IMG/VR virus record: IMGVR_UViG_3300023048_000002
Span: 96,001 to 160,000 of that record
Length of the DNA: 64,000 nucleotides
Strand: one strand, 5' to 3'
DNA from: a virus
Lineage: Duplodnaviria > Caudoviricetes
This document shows, one piece after another, positions 18,951 to 28,749 of the stretch (position 1 is the stretch's first letter; each line of letters starts with the position of its first letter). The notes beneath the pieces were generated by a model. That model was not told the DNA's origin, did not search any database, and saw nothing but the letters and a program-made list of their open reading frames with translations. Both the position numbers and the translations under genes were made by a program.

Positions 18951-18972
18951 AGATTACTCAATAATCTATTAT

Positions 18973-19899
18973 TTATGACTTAATGCCCATCCAAGTGTCA
19001 TCCAGCGATTTCTTGGTATCCATCAAGGCAAATTCTGAAACGGTCTTGGCAATTTCAAATCCATTTCTCTTAAGTTCACTTGCCCATGCAATAACCCAAT
19101 AATCATGATCATTACGGTTATTATCGGTTCGAATTGTCCCCATGATCTTAACCATTCCTTCTACATCACTACGCAATGCATTCTTAGAAATATGCAAGCG
19201 TGTTCCTCCAAAATGATTATTTGAAATCTCTCGCAATTTTGATAAATCATTTAGTTCAACAAAGATGGTGAAATGGCTCTCATAATATCCATCAGGATTT
19301 CCATCAAGGATAGGATGCCAAGGTACTGTTTCAATCTTTGTACGAATGACATCAAATCCATCAACATATAGCGTATTAATTAGATTATCAGCAAACATTT
19401 TAGCATCATCGTATGTACCGATGATTACGGATGCCGTTGTTAGTTGCTGCGGAGCATCACCTAAATCGAGGACAATAGCTTTTAAATTATTTAATGTCTT
19501 ACAGTATTTTTCAAACACTGCAATATCAATTGGCTTTTTGTTCCAACGATCTTCGCTTAAAGTCAAGTGAATCTCAAATGGATACTTACCATCTGACTTA
19601 TCTTGATCATTTCTCTTAGACCAATGAATAGCCTTATCTGACAGCATAGAGGTAATATCACTATCTTCATACCCCAATGAATATGCAATTGATAATGCAA
19701 CAAGCATCACATCAGCAACTTCGTCCAAAATTTTATCTTTAGATGCTATCTTGTGTCTAGCACCCTGAGCATTCTCGTGTGTGAGAACAGCATCAGCAAG
19801 CTCTCCACCTTCAATGAATAGCTTTGAGGATTTCTGGCTAAGGGTCTTCGTATCCTTTAGGGATAGTTGCTTAACAAGCGCTAAAATATCGTCTCTCAT
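18973..19899 (-). CDS. MazG-like pyrophosphatase fused to unknown domain
   Basis: KLFIEGGELA...DEVADV; ATGA overlap start at 19899. Confidence 0.7.
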   Translation of the reverse strand: MRDDILALVKQLSLKDTKTLSQKSSKLFIEGGELADAVLTHENAQGARHKIASKDKILDEVADVMLVALSIAYSLGYEDSDITSMLSDKAIHWSKRNDQDKSDGKYPFEIHLTLSEDRWNKKPIDIAVFEKYCKTLNNLKAIVLDLGDAPQQLTTASVIIGTYDDAKMFADNLINTLYVDGFDVIRTKIETVPWHPILDGNPDGYYESHFTIFVELNDLSKLREISNNHFGGTRLHISKNALRSDVEGMVKIMGTIRTDNNRNDHDYWVIAWASELKRNGFEIAKTVSEFALMDTKKSLDDTWMGIKS

Positions 19900-20243
19900 T
19901 CTGTTGGTCCTGATGTGTCCATGTTTTTGTAATGCTTTCTCTGTGCTAGGCAAGAATCATGGAACTCTTTCGTAATCTTGATTTCACCATAGGTATTACC
20001 GGGAACCATATTACAAAATGCTTCATTCATTGATTTAAGTTGATCCCTTACCTTACAACACTTCATATGTCCACTGGAACTAGTGCCATTACTGTTAACT
20101 GTAATAGTGTATGGACAGTCTTTTTCTGGTTGCTTTATGCATTTCTGTGTAATCGCTGATGGCTTACGATCAACAATGAATAGCCATACTATCAGAAGCA
20201 GAAAAATTAAAAATAATACAATTGATTCCATAATTATCTCCAA
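19896..20243 (-). CDS. Membrane-anchored hypothetical protein
   Basis: N-terminal TM. Confidence 0.55.
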   Translation of the reverse strand: MEIIMESIVLFLIFLLLIVWLFIVDRKPSAITQKCIKQPEKDCPYTITVNSNGTSSSGHMKCCKVRDQLKSMNEAFCNMVPGNTYGEIKITKEFHDSCLAQRKHYKNMDTSGPTE

Positions 20244-20275
20244 AGAAAAAGGCTGGGTTCACCAGCCTTTTTAAC

Positions 20276-21226
20276 TTAGTCGTTGTATGAGTCAGAAGAT
20301 TCTTCATAACTTGACTCTTCTTCATCTTCCACTTCTTCATATTTGTCCTGAATATGAAGAAGTCGATCTAGTGCCGTAGTATCTTCAAAATGAAGCGTAG
20401 CCCAATTCTTGTTATAGACAACAGTCGTACCAATGCCGATAACATTATGCGCTAGGAACAGTGGACGAAGACCACGAGTCTGAGGAACCATGCTTTCCAT
20501 CATGCTCATGATGTCCTTATTGAAGTAACGCGGATCATCAAGAACTTCCTGTGGAAAGCTATCAGTGTTGATAACATTAACAAAGAATTCTGAATGCTGG
20601 AAATCTGGACCAGTAGGCTTGAATTCCTTAGTCTTACGCTTCTTTGTAGCTTTAACTGCATAGTCGTTCATGTGTTCAATAGCTTCAGCCATTGTGACAC
20701 CTTCAATCTTAAACAGGCGACCATGCCACTCTAGTGAAGGCATCCAGAGAATACCGACTGCATCGTTAGCTGTTGGGGTTGATGTTAGCTTTGAATTCTT
20801 TTGTGTCAAACTATCTGCTGTAATGGTTACTGGACCACTACTTGATACATTGAGGCTACCATCATTACTGATGTCAACTGTTGTTCCACCATTTGAAATC
20901 TTAATTCCAAATTTTGCAGCAGGAGCTACCTTTAGCGGCTCTACGATCTTAACAAACTCTAACAGATAGTCGATTAGCTGGCTGACGGTCTTATTGTTGA
21001 ATGATTCTACCACATCAAGTTCAGGGATTTCAATTTCTAGCTCATCTTCAATAAGCATGATGAGTTCAATGATGTCAATAGAATCGGCTCCATAAAGCTC
21101 GCTTACATCTTCTATGGTATCAGAGAAATTTATATGCTCAATGACACCAAAGGTCTCATTGGCAACATTGGTGATAATAGCCAATAGATCAACTACTGCA
21201 TCAGGCTTTGATTTGTATGTCTTCAT
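20276..21226 (-). CDS. Acyl-carrier-protein domain fused to unknown domain
   Basis: YGADSIDIIELIMLIEDELEIEIP; TTGACA-17-TACAAT promoter supports start 21226. Confidence 0.75.
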   Translation of the reverse strand: MKTYKSKPDAVVDLLAIITNVANETFGVIEHINFSDTIEDVSELYGADSIDIIELIMLIEDELEIEIPELDVVESFNNKTVSQLIDYLLEFVKIVEPLKVAPAAKFGIKISNGGTTVDISNDGSLNVSSSGPVTITADSLTQKNSKLTSTPTANDAVGILWMPSLEWHGRLFKIEGVTMAEAIEHMNDYAVKATKKRKTKEFKPTGPDFQHSEFFVNVINTDSFPQEVLDDPRYFNKDIMSMMESMVPQTRGLRPLFLAHNVIGIGTTVVYNKNWATLHFEDTTALDRLLHIQDKYEEVEDEEESSYEESSDSYND

Positions 21227-21266
21227 GGAAAATTCCGTTATTTGGGTTATTGTACTGTGTATAATA

Positions 21267-22550
21267 TTACTTGTCAAATTCGCACAAGTAACGAAGGTTT
21301 GCCTGATCAAGGCTATAAACAATCATTTCATTATTAGCAACGCCACTCTTACCACCAAGAGCTAGACAAGAGTCATATCCTGCTGGAATACGGCTGAGAG
21401 GTGCCGAAGGTGTATATGATCTTCCAAGGCTAACATCTACTAAGAACATGAAACAATTATCATCATAACCACCGCCGCCCCAATAACCATGTGCATAGTT
21501 GAGTGACTTAGTACTCTGATCACTAAAATATAGACCATCACCAAACATACGTCCGGTGATATGGTAGCCACCTGCTGAGGTTGGGATGATTAGTCCACCC
21601 TTAAGAATAGAGAGAACATTGAATGCACGGGTACCATGCCAAAGTTGCATTTCGTTCCCAATAACATCAAACTTCTTCTTATATGATGCTGTGCTGTTAT
21701 CATTCTGAACTTCATACACATTCTTCAAACGAAGGTGTGCACATGCGTGACGTGAGTTCATGTTTGAGGCATAGAACGTCTTTACCCTATCAATCACTGT
21801 CTGGTCTGAAACTAATTTCAAACTGTTATTGAATAGGCGTTCTGGTTCCTTCTTAGCATCATCAACACTTACAACAGGTGGAGTATAGTTCTGAATTGAG
21901 GTTTCAATCTGATCAAGAAGTGAGTTCTGATTCTGGAATGAGGAAATATCCGTAAAAAATGTTTCACCCCAACCGCGAGCGCGAGGAACCTTCTGTGGAA
22001 TGATAGAAAGATAATCATTTAGTGTTTGGCTATATGAATTACCAAAGTCCTGAGTATCAATGAAGTCCTTTAGGGAAATCAATACATCACGAGCCTTACT
22101 AACTGCTGGTAGCGTGATAGGACCAAGAACAGTCTTAACGATACCATCAACGATATCGATCTGATCACCTGTAGCCTTTAGAAGCTGATATTTATTGATA
22201 GCTGATAGTCGATCTAGAAGCTTAGCCATTTCTGGATTATTGTCAGCGATATCACGCTTTGCGATTATTGCAAGTGATTCAGTTGCAAGGGAAACCGTAC
22301 CGCTTGCGGCAGGAGTTCCATTGTTTGTCATAACATCAACTTCTCTGTACCCCTTTGATGCAGCAGTCTTTGACTTATAAACCTTGTTGAATGCAGCTTC
22401 GCCATAACCCTTCTGTTCGGTTACGCCGTTATCACCATTACGACCATAACGCGCAGTTACAGAATCGTCATCGTTCCAGATAATTTCATAGAACTTGTTA
22501 TTGTTATTACCGCTGTCAACTTTGACAAGCATTGCGTACTTTTTTGCCAT
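21267..22550 (-). CDS. PARP-like ADP-ribosyltransferase (WGR, helical and ART domains)
   Basis: NNNKFY...YGR; LWHGTR; GRMFGDGLYFSD..KSLNY; NNEMIVY (H-Y-E triad). Confidence 0.92.
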   Translation of the reverse strand: MAKKYAMLVKVDSGNNNNKFYEIIWNDDDSVTARYGRNGDNGVTEQKGYGEAAFNKVYKSKTAASKGYREVDVMTNNGTPAASGTVSLATESLAIIAKRDIADNNPEMAKLLDRLSAINKYQLLKATGDQIDIVDGIVKTVLGPITLPAVSKARDVLISLKDFIDTQDFGNSYSQTLNDYLSIIPQKVPRARGWGETFFTDISSFQNQNSLLDQIETSIQNYTPPVVSVDDAKKEPERLFNNSLKLVSDQTVIDRVKTFYASNMNSRHACAHLRLKNVYEVQNDNSTASYKKKFDVIGNEMQLWHGTRAFNVLSILKGGLIIPTSAGGYHITGRMFGDGLYFSDQSTKSLNYAHGYWGGGGYDDNCFMFLVDVSLGRSYTPSAPLSRIPAGYDSCLALGGKSGVANNEMIVYSLDQANLRYLCEFDK

Positions 22551-22622
22551 TAGAGGTATCCCTTAGCTCAGATAAAGAATGATACAGAAAAGCCCTTGTT
22601 GTTAACAAGGGCTTGAATGGAA

Positions 22623-23471
22623 TTAACGTGTAGCATTTATTTTAGTTTCATATTGTATCAAAGCATCTACTACTTTGAACATATCAGAATAATAGAATCC
22701 CGAAACACCGAATGTATTGATTTCAACAACCCTTAAACCATTGGGTGTATCTGCAATATCAATTACAAATGCATCGGCTGGTTGCCATCGATCAGCCATC
22801 GATTGTGCAAAATCCACAATCTTCTGATCAATGATTGAATCATACTTTACCGTGTCACCAAGCTTGTAGGTTGATCCTGTGACTACCTTACCATCCACTA
22901 CAAAGAAGCGATGTTCTGAGTAGATATCCTTTACAGATGAAACCGTGACTGGTGTATAAGCATTGAGTGATTTAGGATCAAAGCCATCTTCAGGTTTAAA
23001 ATGAGTTAGATGACGCTTCCAGTCTGCGTAATATTCCTTAATCATTGTCATACCGGTGAAGATCTTATCATCTTTAAATGGTCGAATGAAAACATCATAA
23101 TCAAGGTCGGGGAGTTCACCAGCTAATGATACGAATGAATCACCATTTAAAATATTGTCTAGTCCAAATCCCTTTGACCAATGATCAAAGTCAAAGTTTT
23201 GAGAATCAAAAGCACCCGGTGAGATGCCACGTTCCTTGATTAATCTGGAAAATTTATGAGAGCCGAAGATGTATGTTGGAACACTGGAACTTAAGCATAG
23301 TTCCTCAGCCGTTTCAATCTGTAATGATGTTACATGATTTGGAAAAATCACATCTACAAACTCAAACAGATTACACAAAGTGTAATCTGTTTGAAAGAAG
23401 TCTAATGCCTTCAATAATTGTTCGTAGTGTGGTTCCCTCTTGAGAATATTCTCTTGAATAAGGAATTTCAC
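22623..23471 (-). CDS. ATP-grasp protein, R2K/DUF4343 type (second copy)
   Basis: FIRP..D.K.FTG, EHRFFVV, FVIDIA, VVEINT..SGFY. Confidence 0.8.
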   Translation of the reverse strand: MKFLIQENILKREPHYEQLLKALDFFQTDYTLCNLFEFVDVIFPNHVTSLQIETAEELCLSSSVPTYIFGSHKFSRLIKERGISPGAFDSQNFDFDHWSKGFGLDNILNGDSFVSLAGELPDLDYDVFIRPFKDDKIFTGMTMIKEYYADWKRHLTHFKPEDGFDPKSLNAYTPVTVSSVKDIYSEHRFFVVDGKVVTGSTYKLGDTVKYDSIIDQKIVDFAQSMADRWQPADAFVIDIADTPNGLRVVEINTFGVSGFYYSDMFKVVDALIQYETKINATR

Positions 23472-24151
23472 TTTCGCACTCCAAATAGATTTAGTGACGG
23501 GATGATAACATGGTTAATGTGTTCAATCTCATTCTGCATCTTTAGAATCATATTTTCAACGTAACGAAGTTGCTGTTTCGTTGCCTCTAGATTCTGTAGT
23601 GCCTGAAGCATCAATAGTCTACGATTGTAGAGTGTGTCATACATCAGGTTCTCTTTCTTTGTAGCGGATTCTGATGCTGCTGCCAATGTGGCAACCCAAT
23701 CGACAATGTTAAGTGCTGCTACATTGTCAAGTAAATCAGATACCACACGATGAATATTCTCCAAACGTAAGGATAACGACTTTACCTGAATCACATAATA
23801 CTGTTTGTTTGGACGCTTAATGAATGAAGAAAAGAATGACTTTGCTTTAGCTGCATCAACGACTTCACCCAAAAGCTTAGATGCATCAAGGCCATTGTAA
23901 ACTCCAATAGCATCACTAGCTTGATTAACAAAATAGCTTTGTGCATGGAGGACTGACTTGCCCCAATTCAAAATCTTTATATTATCACCAGTAGCAAGAT
24001 CACGTACCATCTGTGTAAGCTTAAGGGAATCCTTCCCATAAGCTTCTGCATAGTTTTCCTTCATAAACTTTACGGCTGATTCTAGTGAAACTCCTAGATC
24101 GCCGTAAACGGTTGCTGGTGGTTTTGAGTATTCACTATCATCTGACATCAT
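23468..24151 (-). CDS. Helical protein, probable TelA partner
   Basis: Coupled to TelA; coiled coil. Confidence 0.45.
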   Translation of the reverse strand: MMSDDSEYSKPPATVYGDLGVSLESAVKFMKENYAEAYGKDSLKLTQMVRDLATGDNIKILNWGKSVLHAQSYFVNQASDAIGVYNGLDASKLLGEVVDAAKAKSFFSSFIKRPNKQYYVIQVKSLSLRLENIHRVVSDLLDNVAALNIVDWVATLAAASESATKKENLMYDTLYNRRLLMLQALQNLEATKQQLRYVENMILKMQNEIEHINHVIIPSLNLFGVRK

Positions 24152-24154
24152 AAA

Positions 24155-25249
24155 TTACTTCTTTGAGTATGCTGCGATTGTTTCCTGCTCAAGACGGGCA
24201 AGTTCTACCATGGTGATCTTGCGGGTTTCACGGGCTTCCTGTTCGATTTCACGAACCTTCTGTAGTGAACCAACAGTATCTTCATGTAGCTGCTTAATGG
24301 TGTCGAGATTGACTGCCTGACGCTGATTCAAACGTGCCATGGCTTCAACATTCTTAGCATTAGCACTGCTTGCAGACTTAACTGTTTCATTGAATAGGTC
24401 GAATGTCTTGTTCTGTAGTGCAATAGCACCAGTCTGGCTCTGACTGATCAAGTCACCAGCAAAATACTGCTGATACATGGGGATGATCTTGGTTGTTACA
24501 TCATCAAACGTACCAACAAGACTTGATGCCGTGCGCTTCATCTGTGCAAGCTTTGGATCATATTCCATGGAAAGAATCTTGAATGACTCTAGGTCAACAA
24601 TCTTCTTGTCGAGTTTATCAGAAAGATTCTGTAGATCATTTCGCTTATGGGCTTCATCAAGTGAAGCTGCTTCTGTGGGAAGCTGTTCTAGCTCAGCATT
24701 GACCTGTTCAAGAGCATCCTTGGCGATTTCAATATCCTGAAATAGGCTCTTGCAATAGTTATAGTTTCCTTCGATAAGGATATCGACATTACGAGCCTGC
24801 CTTACCTGAAGGTCACGTTCCTTTCCAATCTGTTTAACAAGAACATCAACACGGTCCTTTGCGCTATCAAATCGTGCTACAGCACGGTCCTTGATGCGAA
24901 GAGCCTTGTTTACAATCTTCTGAATCTTTCCAGTTTTATACTTGTCTGCTGACAAATCCTTGGATACATCAATGAGTTCGTTTAGCTTTTCACCCATTGC
25001 TCCACCTTCAGAATTCTTCTGCTGGTCAAGAACCTTGGCTGCAAACGTGGCAAGATTCTTGCCAGATTCATTACCAATACTAGATACGAATTCTTCAGTG
25101 ATAGGACGACCGATCTGCTTGCCCGGTGTAACCTGTGAGGTTGTCGAGACAGAAATAGCAGTGTTATAGAGTGGTACGTATGGATCGGATTTCATCGAAG
25201 GTTCCGTTGTTTCGTTGTTGGAGGGTCTATCCCAAATCTGGTCAGTCAT
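24155..25249 (-). CDS. Toxic anion resistance protein TelA/KlaA family
   Basis: Long helical protein; RFDSAK..VD.L, K..DLE, TKIIP, VN.DT.K pattern. Confidence 0.75.
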   Translation of the reverse strand: MTDQIWDRPSNNETTEPSMKSDPYVPLYNTAISVSTTSQVTPGKQIGRPITEEFVSSIGNESGKNLATFAAKVLDQQKNSEGGAMGEKLNELIDVSKDLSADKYKTGKIQKIVNKALRIKDRAVARFDSAKDRVDVLVKQIGKERDLQVRQARNVDILIEGNYNYCKSLFQDIEIAKDALEQVNAELEQLPTEAASLDEAHKRNDLQNLSDKLDKKIVDLESFKILSMEYDPKLAQMKRTASSLVGTFDDVTTKIIPMYQQYFAGDLISQSQTGAIALQNKTFDLFNETVKSASSANAKNVEAMARLNQRQAVNLDTIKQLHEDTVGSLQKVREIEQEARETRKITMVELARLEQETIAAYSKK

Positions 25250-25375
25250 GATGTGTCATCCTTATTAGGTGGGAGAATTGTAGAGTTTAATTACATAACA
25301 ATCAAGAACCAAATTCAGAATATTCAATTATAATTCAGGAAAAGAAAAAGCCGTAGATTTCTCTACGGCTTTATA

Positions 25376-25450
25376 TGGTTCCCACAGTAGGAATCGGACC
25401 TACGACTATTCATTACCAATGAATTATGTTACCATTATCACTATGCGGGA
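25376..25450 (-). tRNA. tRNA-Thr(GGT)
   Basis: ATTCA-TTGGTAA-TGAAT. Confidence 0.85.
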
Positions 25451-25457
25451 TTAATTT

Positions 25458-25532
25458 TGGCTGGCCTAGATGGATTCGAACCACCATCAAATCTTTCAGA
25501 GAGACTTATCCTAACCGTTGGACGATAGGCCA
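25458..25532 (-). tRNA. tRNA-Gln(CTG)
   Basis: Loop CTCTGAA; U1-A72, G73. Confidence 0.9.
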
Positions 25533-25540
25533 TTATAAAC

Positions 25541-26203
25541 TTATTTATCTGTTTCTTCTTTAACTGCAACTAAAGGATATTTATATGGTGAGACTATACC
25601 ATCAACAAAATGTTTCGTCAAGGCTTCATCAGATAAAATCCAATATTCATTGGCTTCTCTTTGTAGTAATTCTTGTACTGGCATTCCGGTGCGCTTAGAT
25701 GCATTAACATTTAAATCAAAGATTAACATCTTTAACATAGTCAATCTGTTCTCGGCATGCTCTAACTGATCTGAAGAGATAGTTGTTCTTGCCTGATGAA
25801 ACATAATGATGGCATGTGGAAGCATGTAACGTTTAAATCCATACTGGTGAATATATGCTGCCATGCTTGCAGCAGTACCAACCACGACAGTATAGACTGG
25901 CCTCTTTGATGCCTGCATAGCATCGATAATTCTCAAGCCAGACATAACATTACCACCCGGTGAGTCAATAAACAAGATAATAGGCTTGTCTGTACTTACA
26001 TCTTGAAGATCATGAATCTTCTTGATTACCTGATAAGCAGTAAAATCATTTACTTCACCATAAAGTGTTACAGTATTCTGGTCATTCAATTCATCCTTAG
26101 ATGATGGTGACGCTGAACAGCTAACTGTAGTAGTTAGTACAAACCCTAGAACAACGAACAAGGACAAACTTTTAAACCATTGCATACTGTTTTTACTCCC
26201 CAT
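25541..26203 (-). CDS. ClpP-family protease with N-terminal signal/lipoprotein peptide
   Basis: IDSPGG, AASMA, MFHQ; hydrophobic leader ending TVSC (alternative start 26185). Confidence 0.85.
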   Translation of the reverse strand: MGSKNSMQWFKSLSLFVVLGFVLTTTVSCSASPSSKDELNDQNTVTLYGEVNDFTAYQVIKKIHDLQDVSTDKPIILFIDSPGGNVMSGLRIIDAMQASKRPVYTVVVGTAASMAAYIHQYGFKRYMLPHAIIMFHQARTTISSDQLEHAENRLTMLKMLIFDLNVNASKRTGMPVQELLQREANEYWILSDEALTKHFVDGIVSPYKYPLVAVKEETDK

Positions 26204-26306
26204 GTTTAAAACTATTTATGGAAGAGCCTACACATTATTTTCATGTAAATCAAACCTTTAATTCACATACGTGAAAACAAAAAAAGACGCCTAAGCGTCT
26301 TTGAAA

Positions 26307-26380
26307 TGGCAGCGGATGCAGGATTCGAACCTGCGATGGAGCATTCAAAGTGCCCTGCCGTACCACTTGGCTAATCCGCT
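26307..26380 (-). tRNA. tRNA-Gln(TTG)
   Basis: Loop CTTTGAA. Confidence 0.9.
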
Positions 26381-26390
26381 ATATTTTTAA

Positions 26391-26471
26391 TGCCTCGTGA
26401 TGGGATCGAACCATCGACCTTTTCCTTATCTATCCTAGTAAGGAACACTACTTCCTCTGAGTTAACGAGAC
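26391..26471 (-). ncRNA. tRNA-Val-like RNA with enlarged anticodon arm, no encoded CCA
   Basis: Normal acceptor and T arms; TTCCTTA-CTAGGATAGA-TAAGGAA. Confidence 0.65.
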
Positions 26472-26477
26472 ATATTT

Positions 26478-26551
26478 TGGTAGTTCCTAACAGAATTGAA
26501 CTGTTGTCATTGCCATGTAAAAGCAAGGTTTTTCCATTAAACTAAGGAACC
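26478..26551 (-). tRNA. tRNA-Val(TAC)
   Basis: Loop TTTACAT. Confidence 0.85.
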
Positions 26552-26557
26552 ATAATC

Positions 26558-26632
26558 TGGTACATCGTGAGGGATTCGAACCCCCGACAATTTGCGAGTC
26601 ATGCAAACACTCTACCGCTGAGCTAACGATGC
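26558..26632 (-). tRNA. tRNA-Val(GAC)
   Basis: TTTGC-ATGACTC-GCAAA. Confidence 0.85.
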
Positions 26633-26640
26633 ATAATCTT

Positions 26641-26862
26641 CTATTTATTGTCAGTGGGGGAAATTCCCATAGACTTTATTAATCGTCTAGCCCATTTAAT
26701 TGGTGATGTTACACTATTTTGACGATTTAATTTTTCTTGAGATTCTTGAGATTCTTGAACCATCAAAGCAAGACCTAATAGTTCAGCACGCCTTGGATGA
26801 AGTTTCTCACCCTTAATGTTGTCTATTACTTCTTCTATAGTAAGAAGTGAGTTCGTTTTCAT
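26641..26862 (-). CDS. Hypothetical protein
   Basis: Coupled ORF. Confidence 0.5.
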   Translation of the reverse strand: MKTNSLLTIEEVIDNIKGEKLHPRRAELLGLALMVQESQESQEKLNRQNSVTSPIKWARRLIKSMGISPTDNK

Positions 26863-27113
26863 AGTAATTGGTTCTTAGCTGTGTTGTAAGTTAGTTCTTG
26901 AACAACTAATCCACCATCTTCATCATCATGGGCTAGAACCTTAATACCAAATTCTTCAAACCCTGCTCTTACACCATTTGTGATTTGTTTTTCAATTCCA
27001 TCAAAATCATGGAAGTTACCAAATGGAGTATACTCTTTAACAGACTTGTGTACAAACTTTTCCTTGCCGCACCAAAGTTTCTTAATCTTATTTTTATCTT
27101 TAGTCTTTAGCAT
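26859..27113 (-). CDS. Hypothetical protein (weak capsid-like segment)
   Basis: HDFDGIEKQITNGV vs gp23 HGLDIETEITKGL. Confidence 0.5.
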   Translation of the reverse strand: MLKTKDKNKIKKLWCGKEKFVHKSVKEYTPFGNFHDFDGIEKQITNGVRAGFEEFGIKVLAHDDEDGGLVVQELTYNTAKNQLL

Positions 27114-27279
27114 AATTTTCTTCCATGGTCTTGAGTTCTTCTTTCAAAGTTTCCCAATACCTTTTACTCTGACTGTACCAACGGCTAGTACCATTTTCTC
27201 TCAGAATTCTTTCATGGTTATCTATCTGATCTTTCTTTTTGGCAATCAATAATGCCAATTCTTCTTTGTCATTTATCAT
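27100..27279 (-). CDS. 59-aa hypothetical protein
   Basis: MINDKEELALLIAKK...; downstream of TTGACA promoter. Confidence 0.5.
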   Translation of the reverse strand: MINDKEELALLIAKKKDQIDNHERILRENGTSRWYSQSKRYWETLKEELKTMEENYAKD

Positions 27280-27319
27280 GCCAATAAATTAACATCTTAT
27301 TTTATATCTGTCAATAGGT

Positions 27320-28258
27320 TTATTTTGGTGCTGGCTCATCTTCATCGCGTGATCTAAAGTAATCTTTCAGTTCATCTCGGAGACTGATATATCTATCTGA
27401 ACCATCATCAACAAGATAATTTAATCCCTGCCAATCTTTTCTAAGGTCAGTATAAGGATTGTACTGGTTATCTACCAATATCTTCCATCTTGTTCCGTAT
27501 GAGCGGTTGCTCTTCTTTCCATGATAGTTATGAATAAGAAGACCATGAACATATCCAATATTTCTACGAAGCTTCTTGGCTTTCTCACCCCATTCAACGA
27601 GAGCATTAATATATTCAGGAGAGCAAGGATAACTAACAGAACGACGAATGTCATCCATAAATCCACATGCCATCTGAAAATCACCTGATCCAACAATTGA
27701 GAAGTCGATCAATCCATCAATCACTTCCATAGCATGGCGAGTTGCTGCCCATGCATAACCACAATGACCTGAATGCTTGTTGTAGTCGTTAAGGATAACA
27801 CCGGTCTTATGATACTGGTAAACCATTCCCTTCATAGGAATAGAACCATTAGATGTAATGCGGTTAAAGTTATCATCAATATCAATTGTCTCGCTGAACA
27901 ACTGCACGACTTGGTAATGATGAAGTTGATGAATTGTTTCCTTCACCCAATCTGGACGAGCGAATAATACATCAGCATCAATCCATGCAACATATTCCCA
28001 ATCTTCAGGAAGATGCTGTAAGCCAATGTTAATGAGATTTTCTTTGTTCCAAAGTTCATTCTTTGTTCTTACCTGAACATGATGTGGATTATCTTTATGT
28101 GTAACCTCATAAGGCCTGTCAGCAAATGCTGCTTCTACGGTAATGAGTGTTGCACCAGCAGCATGAATTCTTTCAGCGAATTCACGATAAAGTTTGTATC
28201 TGCTACGGTATCTAAGGGGATTTGAAACAACAGTTATTACGTATAGTGTATTTTTCAT
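27320..28258 (-). CDS. GT-A fold glycosyltransferase-like protein
   Basis: KENLINIG, WIDADV (DxD), GSGD, H.YHG. Confidence 0.7.
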   Translation of the reverse strand: MKNTLYVITVVSNPLRYRSRYKLYREFAERIHAAGATLITVEAAFADRPYEVTHKDNPHHVQVRTKNELWNKENLINIGLQHLPEDWEYVAWIDADVLFARPDWVKETIHQLHHYQVVQLFSETIDIDDNFNRITSNGSIPMKGMVYQYHKTGVILNDYNKHSGHCGYAWAATRHAMEVIDGLIDFSIVGSGDFQMACGFMDDIRRSVSYPCSPEYINALVEWGEKAKKLRRNIGYVHGLLIHNYHGKKSNRSYGTRWKILVDNQYNPYTDLRKDWQGLNYLVDDGSDRYISLRDELKDYFRSRDEDEPAPK

Positions 28259-28451
28259 TTTATAATCAGAAGGCTATTAATATTTTACGAAATTCCTTTA
28301 TGGCACCCAAAAAATACGTAAGAAATAGCGTATTTTCGTGAGATTCTACTCCACCAAACAGAAAAGCCAGACAAAAGTCTGGCCGATTATGTACTTAATT
28401 ATTTATGTATAGTGTCAATTTTCTGACTGTAGATTTTTGAGAAATTTCGTA

Positions 28452-28733
28452 TTATTGCCTGTTAAACATGATGACTTCTTTGCCGCCATATTCCTTTCTG
28501 ATCCTAGTTATTCCAAGATCATCAAAGCTACATATCCAGTCTGAATCTTTGGATGGTGTACTACCAATCTGATGCTGATGAAACCTATACTCACCATTGG
28601 TCAATTTAGATTCAACATAATCCCTATCCTTTGGTTCCTTATAGAGGCCACCACTTCTAGCCATGTCAAGAAGATAGTCAAAGAATTTTTGACGTAGTTC
28701 ATAATTTTCAGTGATTATATTCTTGAGTCTCAT
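28452..28733 (-). CDS. Small late protein, capsid-targeting-like N-terminus
   Basis: MRLKNIITE; TAAATA upstream. Confidence 0.55.
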   Translation of the reverse strand: MRLKNIITENYELRQKFFDYLLDMARSGGLYKEPKDRDYVESKLTNGEYRFHQHQIGSTPSKDSDWICSFDDLGITRIRKEYGGKEVIMFNRQ

Positions 28734-28749
28734 ATGAATCCATTTTAGA

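Noticed and set aside
26391-26471. Amber suppressor or genetic-code reassignment (CTA in loop)
   Set aside because: CTA is not centred in a 7-nt loop, and conserved genes are intact in the standard code.
8916-26632. Codon-matched attenuators ahead of the smaller tRNA clusters
   Set aside because: Inspected upstream regions show promoters or ordinary ORFs, with no matching leader plus terminator.
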